Below, piece after piece: positions 34,516 through 38,991 of a stretch of 38,991 bases of DNA (positions within the stretch are counted from its first letter, which is position 1; each line of letters starts with the position of its first letter). The DNA lies in IMG/VR virus record IMGVR_UViG_3300005512_000103, positions 1 through 38,991 of that record; one strand, 5' to 3'. Both the position numbers and the translations under genes were made by a program. The stretch comes from a virus. Taxonomy: Duplodnaviria > Caudoviricetes. Under the pieces are notes generated by a model. That model had not been told where the DNA came from and made no database searches. It saw only the letters and a list, made by a program, of their open reading frames with translations.

Positions 34516-35076
34516 TTATGCCGCGCGACGTTTTCTCTCCCGCGCCCCGGCCAACGCGCTTAGCCCTCGCCGGATGTCCTCCAATGCCGCGTATGTCGCT
34601 AGGTCGATCACCGTCAACTGGACAGCCAACCGGGCAGCCGCACCGGCATCCACAAGCGCCGCGTGCGCCCGCCACCACGCTTCCTCCAGGCGGATATGCG
34701 CGGCCCGCTGGTCGTCCGTCAGCATGTCCCATGGCAGCCCTACAGGCCCGCCGCCCGTGAAGTCGGCAACCCGGCTGTATAGCCCGGACACGTCGCACCA
34801 TGCCGGGCGCATACCCATCCGAGCCCGAAGCGCGAGATACCACCATCCGGCGTCGCACTGATCCCGGTTGATGTCCCCCTTTGCCGCCAGTACGTCGAGG
34901 GGGAAGTCCGTTGACACGTCCGGGTCGCCCGCCATGCGGATGCGGTGCGCGATCAGCTCCGGCGTCGGTCCGACGTTCCGCGCATCGACCTCGCGCCCGG
35001 CTCGGGTGGTCTGCCGCCGCTTGGCCTGGAGCACGCGGGGGCGTCCGGCGCGGCGGCGCTTATCACGTTTAGACAT
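34516..35076 (-). CDS. putative late regulator / Q-like antiterminator
   Basis: Last gene before late promoter; PLDVL...G.I...Q.DAG, R.GL.ALA (DUF6456-like) pattern. Confidence 0.55.
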   Translation of the reverse strand: MSKRDKRRRAGRPRVLQAKRRQTTRAGREVDARNVGPTPELIAHRIRMAGDPDVSTDFPLDVLAAKGDINRDQCDAGWWYLALRARMGMRPAWCDVSGLYSRVADFTGGGPVGLPWDMLTDDQRAAHIRLEEAWWRAHAALVDAGAAARLAVQLTVIDLATYAALEDIRRGLSALAGARERKRRAA

Positions 35077-35479
35077 TTGCCCCCTCTATTCCAGCAGTCC
35101 ATTGTCTCCGGAGTCGCTCGTTGAGACGCCACCCTGTTCGGTAATTCACAGCGAGGTCCATGGCCATCTCCATCGAAGTCACCCCGCGCATTCGCTGGCG
35201 AAATATCACCATCGCAAGCAAGTAGTTCCTCAAGGGCATCTTTCGGCGCGCCCAAAGCGTCCCCGATGTCAGCGAAAACTGCTTAAGGCATTCTCGGCAT
35301 TTGAAAATCGGCCGCGATTGATAGGTATACACGCTCCCCTCACAAGTCGGGCACCGTGGCTCGCCTCCGGTGTCCGGCCATCTGATTTGTCGCAATGCTG
35401 CTTCCACCTGTTCGTCACTCATCGCATCCACATCGTGGACGCTTAGCCCCGCAAGAACGCCGCACCTATTATCCAGCAT
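35069..35479 (-). CDS. IS1595-family transposase N-terminal fragment (Zn ribbon + HTH, no DDE)
   Basis: IRWP....P.CP.C...FKC..C.KQFSLTSGT....K, GV.S......L.V.Y.T.W. Confidence 0.8.
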   Translation of the reverse strand: MLDNRCGVLAGLSVHDVDAMSDEQVEAALRQIRWPDTGGEPRCPTCEGSVYTYQSRPIFKCRECLKQFSLTSGTLWARRKMPLRNYLLAMVIFRQRMRGVTSMEMAMDLAVNYRTGWRLNERLRRQWTAGIEGANV

Positions 35480-36131
35480 AGTCGGCCCCTGGCAGCACAA
35501 ACACCTCGTGCCAAGAACGGCCGTTTTCAAGCGGCGCGTCTAATGAAAGCGCGTATCCGCCAAGTGTAAGATTGTCTTTTCGAAATTGCCGAATAAACGG
35601 GCGCAACGCTTGCCGGTTTGCTTTCACCTGATCAATGGTGATCTCTCCCTCCAGCAGAGCCAGCATGATTTCCTGACACACATCCTCTCTCCCCGGCATA
35701 TTTTGCGGGACCAATGCATTGATCGTTAAAAGATCTGCGTGCTCATCTCGTTGCTTCACAACAAATGGGTACGCGAGCGATAGCGACGCCTCCGAAGCCA
35801 CGCGCGGCTTTCGAGCGCGCTCTTTCCTGATGGCATCCCACCAATGACGCGCAAGGGACAGGCGAAAATGTTCCGCGGCATAATGAACGATATTTGTCGG
35901 CGGCCGGCCCAACACATGCGCTGTGTTCTCTAGGTCCGCCCCTGCCGCCGCCAGTATAAATGCCGCGCATTTATGGTTTTCTTTCCACACAAGCCCTTTG
36001 TTATAATACGCTCCGCCGCTGTACGCTGGCGGGCCATCAAGTATCTTTTTCGCCGTTAGAACTTCTCCCGCTTGATTCATCGCGGGCAGCATATGGTATC
36101 TGTACTTTATGTCGTCATTTCTCATTTGCAT
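35469..36131 (-). CDS. hypothetical DNA-binding protein with sigma-factor-like C-terminal motifs
   Basis: LENTAHVLGRPPTNI (HTH-like), REDVCQEIMLALLEG, SLDAPL. Confidence 0.55.
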   Translation of the reverse strand: MQMRNDDIKYRYHMLPAMNQAGEVLTAKKILDGPPAYSGGAYYNKGLVWKENHKCAAFILAAAGADLENTAHVLGRPPTNIVHYAAEHFRLSLARHWWDAIRKERARKPRVASEASLSLAYPFVVKQRDEHADLLTINALVPQNMPGREDVCQEIMLALLEGEITIDQVKANRQALRPFIRQFRKDNLTLGGYALSLDAPLENGRSWHEVFVLPGADYAG

Positions 36132-36561
36132 GGCAGGCTTCCCTCACATCATGTCGCCCCTGCGCCCGCCGGCGCATCCCCAAAACAGAATCACCATAAC
36201 CAAGCGACTTCAAGCGATCCGCCGGGATGCTCAAAACCGCGTGGTCAAGCAATTCTATAATTGAATCTGCGTGCATTTCATTCAACTGATCTAATTCTTC
36301 CACACTGTCGATGCCCAGCCCACAAAGAAATTCAGTCCCATCTAAATTACTAATTTCTATCAGCCGAACAATCAGTTCTTTGACCAAATGGATTACAAAA
36401 GGGGACGCCGGAACCCAAACCGCCCTTCTCTGCAATTCTCGCGTATCAACTACCGCGCCACGGACATCTTGCCTCATACTTTCGTAAGCCCGACCATCGC
36501 CAGCCGGCGCTACCCCATTCGGTTCCCGGCCCGCTCTCTTGCGCTTGGTTCGGTTAGCCAT
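36115..36561 (-). CDS. hypothetical protein
   Basis: GGAGG RBS, overlaps neighbours. Confidence 0.55.
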   Translation of the reverse strand: MANRTKRKRAGREPNGVAPAGDGRAYESMRQDVRGAVVDTRELQRRAVWVPASPFVIHLVKELIVRLIEISNLDGTEFLCGLGIDSVEELDQLNEMHADSIIELLDHAVLSIPADRLKSLGYGDSVLGMRRRAQGRHDVREACHANEK

Positions 36562-36775
36562 CGGCGGCTTCCTCCGGCGTGTGCTCGCGGCACCAGTCCG
36601 CCTCGCGACGCCTTACGAGAAACGGAGTGGCGTGGCATATCCCGTAATCAACGGGCTCGTAGGTGATTTCGCCGGGGGCCACCTGGACATGCCCGTGATA
36701 CTCGCCAGTGGTGACAAGCACCGCCGCCGCCCCGCGCCGCCACCACGCGCAGGTGGCGCATTCCCGATCAGTCAT
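36554..36775 (-). CDS. small Cys-rich phage protein
   Basis: C..C.WW...G.C...P...DWC.EH. Confidence 0.7.
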   Translation of the reverse strand: MTDRECATCAWWRRGAAAVLVTTGEYHGHVQVAPGEITYEPVDYGICHATPFLVRRREADWCREHTPEEAADG

Positions 36776-37133
36776 CGGTGGGCTCCCACGGTGTCTGAGG
36801 GGCGGCGTCGTGCATGGCACGCCAGTCCATCTCGACCGAGTTCCGAAGGATGTCCTCCGTTCCCCCGCCGTAGAGGTCGCCCATCCACGCCACGACCATT
36901 GCTTCCGTCGTCTCAGGCCCGGTGATCTTGAGCCCGTGCTCGGCGAGGGCTCGGACAAAAGCCCGCGCCGCCCATTGCGCCATCATTCCCCGCCGCCAAT
37001 GGTCCAGATTGACGTTGCGCTCACCTATCGGCACCGGCGGGGTCACCCCGAGCGGCAGCCAGCCCGGCCTCCATTCATCAAGCGCCCGCGCGACCGCCTC
37101 TACGATTTCAGCGGGGATATTCGGATCGCTCAT
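36768..37133 (-). CDS. hypothetical phage protein
   Basis: VEAVARAL, TEAMV.A, WRAM.DAAP. Confidence 0.65.
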   Translation of the reverse strand: MSDPNIPAEIVEAVARALDEWRPGWLPLGVTPPVPIGERNVNLDHWRRGMMAQWAARAFVRALAEHGLKITGPETTEAMVVAWMGDLYGGGTEDILRNSVEMDWRAMHDAAPQTPWEPTDD

Positions 37134-37339
37134 GACAGCACCAAAAAGAGCACGCCCCCAACCGCCGCCACCCACGCGACGACCTGCGCGCAGCCCCCGA
37201 TCTCACTGCCACAGTGGAAGGCGTAGTTGCCTCCGTCGCTGCGGACGAGCGGGACGAACCCGCGGACAAACCCGCGCGCGAAGTCACGCCACCGCGAGCG
37301 ATGGGACGGGCCGATGACGACGGGGCGCCCCTCGGTCAT
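37130..37339 (-). CDS. hypothetical protein with C-terminal TM segment
   Basis: ATGA coupling on both sides. Confidence 0.5.
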   Translation of the reverse strand: MTEGRPVVIGPSHRSRWRDFARGFVRGFVPLVRSDGGNYAFHCGSEIGGCAQVVAWVAAVGGVLFLVLS

Positions 37340-37611
37340 GACCGAACCCCATCGAATAGGTGCGGGTCAAAGAACCCGGTCTTCGCCTCACGCATGTTCC
37401 GAATCAGTTGCACGTCCGCAGGGTGCGCCCCCCGGTGCCCGCCGTCTCGCTGGCCGTTCCACCAGCCGTGCCGATAAGCCGTCGAGCGGTTCGGGCCGGG
37501 GCGCGGCTCGTCGGCACGACCGTCTTGGTAGCCCTCATTCAGTTCGTCTGGGTCGAGTGCTTCGACCTCGTGCGGATCTGTCAGCGGCTCCCAGTCCATC
37601 GCGGCGGTCAT
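37336..37611 (-). CDS. hypothetical phage protein
   Basis: GY.DG...PGPNRS.AY.HGW.NG..D. Confidence 0.65.
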   Translation of the reverse strand: MTAAMDWEPLTDPHEVEALDPDELNEGYQDGRADEPRPGPNRSTAYRHGWWNGQRDGGHRGAHPADVQLIRNMREAKTGFFDPHLFDGVRS

Positions 37612-37907
37612 GACGGCGCCCCCGGCTCCTTGGGCTCGAAGATCACAAAGCCGGTCCCAAAGGTCGCGATACAAAACACGTTTGATCCCGGCCCCTGCTC
37701 GACCATGATCGTCCACGTTTGAGTTTTCTGGTTCTCGTACAGCAGAACATTGGCGCCGCCCCCGCTGATGAGGCGCTGCCGAACACTCTCCCCGAATTTG
37801 AAGGCCATAAACACGTCGCCCGCTTGTCGGGAGAAACACTGTGGTTGCTGCTGCGCCGCCGCCGGGGGTGCGGCCACCAACAGCGCCGCGATCAACAGGG
37901 CTCTCAT
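37608..37907 (-). CDS. exported protein
   Basis: GGAGG RBS; signal peptide; QC...FGE...TWTI.......C..A.G motif of alphaproteobacterial periplasmic proteins. Confidence 0.7.
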   Translation of the reverse strand: MRALLIAALLVAAPPAAAQQQPQCFSRQAGDVFMAFKFGESVRQRLISGGGANVLLYENQKTQTWTIMVEQGPGSNVFCIATFGTGFVIFEPKEPGAPS

Positions 37908-38128
37908 GCTACGTCCTCCTTGTGTGTTCGGGTTGCCGCCTCGACGATCTCGCCGGGGCTCGTCGGGCGCTGATCCAGCGTCCACTCTCGCCAACACGGC
38001 ACCCACTGGCACCGGATCGGGCCAAGCACACCCACCGCCCGATGGAACGGCAACGTCCCACGCCGGATGTCGGTCGCCACGCGCTCGGAGCAGCCATAGG
38101 CGCGGGCGATGCCTCGAAGGTCAGCCAA
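37904..38128 (-). CDS. hypothetical protein
   Basis: Coupled to neighbours. Confidence 0.45.
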   Translation of the reverse strand: MADLRGIARAYGCSERVATDIRRGTLPFHRAVGVLGPIRCQWVPCWREWTLDQRPTSPGEIVEAATRTHKEDVA

Positions 38129-38690
38129 CGGCCTTCTCCCATTCCGCTACCTTCGCCGCCGCTTCATCCGGCGTGACCAGGACGGCACGCTCGTCAGGGG
38201 TCTTGGGAACCGCCGCTAGGCGCTTCATGCGGGGGATCGGCGCCGTTCGCCGCTCGTGTCCGATGGGTTCGGGACGCTCCCGGCGCAGTTTCCCGGCGGC
38301 AAATTCCAGCCGCGACAGCGCGCGCCGCCGTCCCGAGAGTTCTTCCCGAATCTGCTTCCGAAAGTCCGCCGGGCGGGGCCAGAACGAGCACTCCGCGACC
38401 GCCCGCCGCGCCGCCAGCGACAGCAGGTCCGCCGGGATATCCTTGATCGCCTCGACGTACACCGCCACGCCCTCGGCGGTGAGTTTCTGTTCGGGCCAGT
38501 TCGGTTTCAGATACCGCAGCGCCGCACCCGCAGCGTCCGGCCCGCCGGGCTCAAGGGCTCGCTCGGCAGCGACGATATCCACGTCAACCGAACTCACCGG
38601 CACCGGCATGTCCGCCTGCCACGTCTCCAGCCACGACGGCGCGGACCAAGTCGTCGAAGTCGTCGGGAGTGTCGCCAGTTCGCGGGTCAT
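38121..38690 (-). CDS. replication protein, helicase loader (lambda P/G39P-like position)
   Basis: Y.EAI.D.P.DLL..A.RR....C.FWP.PADFR; follows initiator. Confidence 0.6.
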   Translation of the reverse strand: MTRELATLPTTSTTWSAPSWLETWQADMPVPVSSVDVDIVAAERALEPGGPDAAGAALRYLKPNWPEQKLTAEGVAVYVEAIKDIPADLLSLAARRAVAECSFWPRPADFRKQIREELSGRRRALSRLEFAAGKLRRERPEPIGHERRTAPIPRMKRLAAVPKTPDERAVLVTPDEAAAKVAEWEKAVG

Positions 38691-38991
38691 AGGCCCCTTC
38701 CATCAGCTTGGTGAACGATTTTTCCTGCAGCACGAAGTCCAGATCGGCTCGCCAGTGGTCGCGGTTCTCGCCTCGCAGGAACGGCGAGCCCCGGATGCGG
38801 TCGAGCGCATGGCGCCAGCCGTCGATCCCGCCAGCGTCACGCAGCCTCGACTTGAGCTTCCCCCGTCTGGCGCTGGTCAGCTTTTGCGCCCTCGCCAATC
38901 CGAGGTCTGCCGCGAGTTGGTTCCACTCGCCAAACGCATCGCTCACCGGATCGGGCGCGACAACACCCTCAATCGGGTCCGCATCAACACT
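38584..38991 (-). CDS. replication initiator, C-terminal part (5' partial)
   Basis: WN......LT..R...L..RL, SPFL.GEN...W.A.LDF.L....F.KL.EG.Y; frame open to window edge. Confidence 0.75.
   Translation of the reverse strand, partial: SVDADPIEGVVAPDPVSDAFGEWNQLAADLGLARAQKLTSARRGKLKSRLRDAGGIDGWRHALDRIRGSPFLRGENRDHWRADLDFVLQEKSFTKLMEGAYDPRTGDTPDDFDDLVRAVVAGDVAGGHAGAGEFG

Noticed and set aside
35069-35530. Active IS element
   Set aside because: No catalytic domain, inverted repeats or target duplication visible

Overview
GC-rich, near-complete genome (or large prophage segment) of a short-tailed, P22/lambdoid-organised phage; an alphaproteobacterial host is inferred, not shown. The minus strand (38991 to ~6830) runs replication initiator/helicase loader, small accessory genes, a Q-like regulator, a late promoter with four tRNAs (Pro-TGG, Gly-TCC, Leu-CAA, Arg-CCG), terminase, portal, scaffold, major capsid, adaptor/nozzle, three ejection proteins (one with a C-terminal Hint domain, one with a lytic transglycosylase), an immI-like antirepressor island, tail fibre genes and a holin/endolysin/spanin module. 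The plus strand (1 to ~6870) is a dense array of very short accessory genes. No integrase, repressor, reverse transcriptase or CRISPR array is visible. Best candidate for an undescribed system: two ~150-nt structured RNA cassettes (3127-3277, 3500-3656) with identical tRNA-like ends (acceptor-type stem, T-arm-like hairpin, encoded G-CCA, extended closing helix) but different folded interiors. They sit in a putative anti-defence operon whose mini-genes are bracketed by 13-23 bp direct repeats at their stop/RBS/start junctions. Also notable: a possible virion-glycosylation gene pair, a divergent RHH regulator gating the lysis genes, a uORF/hairpin switch before the antirepressor, and a catalytically truncated IS1595 transposase fused into the operon. 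Protein calls come from motif recognition and gene order only; no searches were run.
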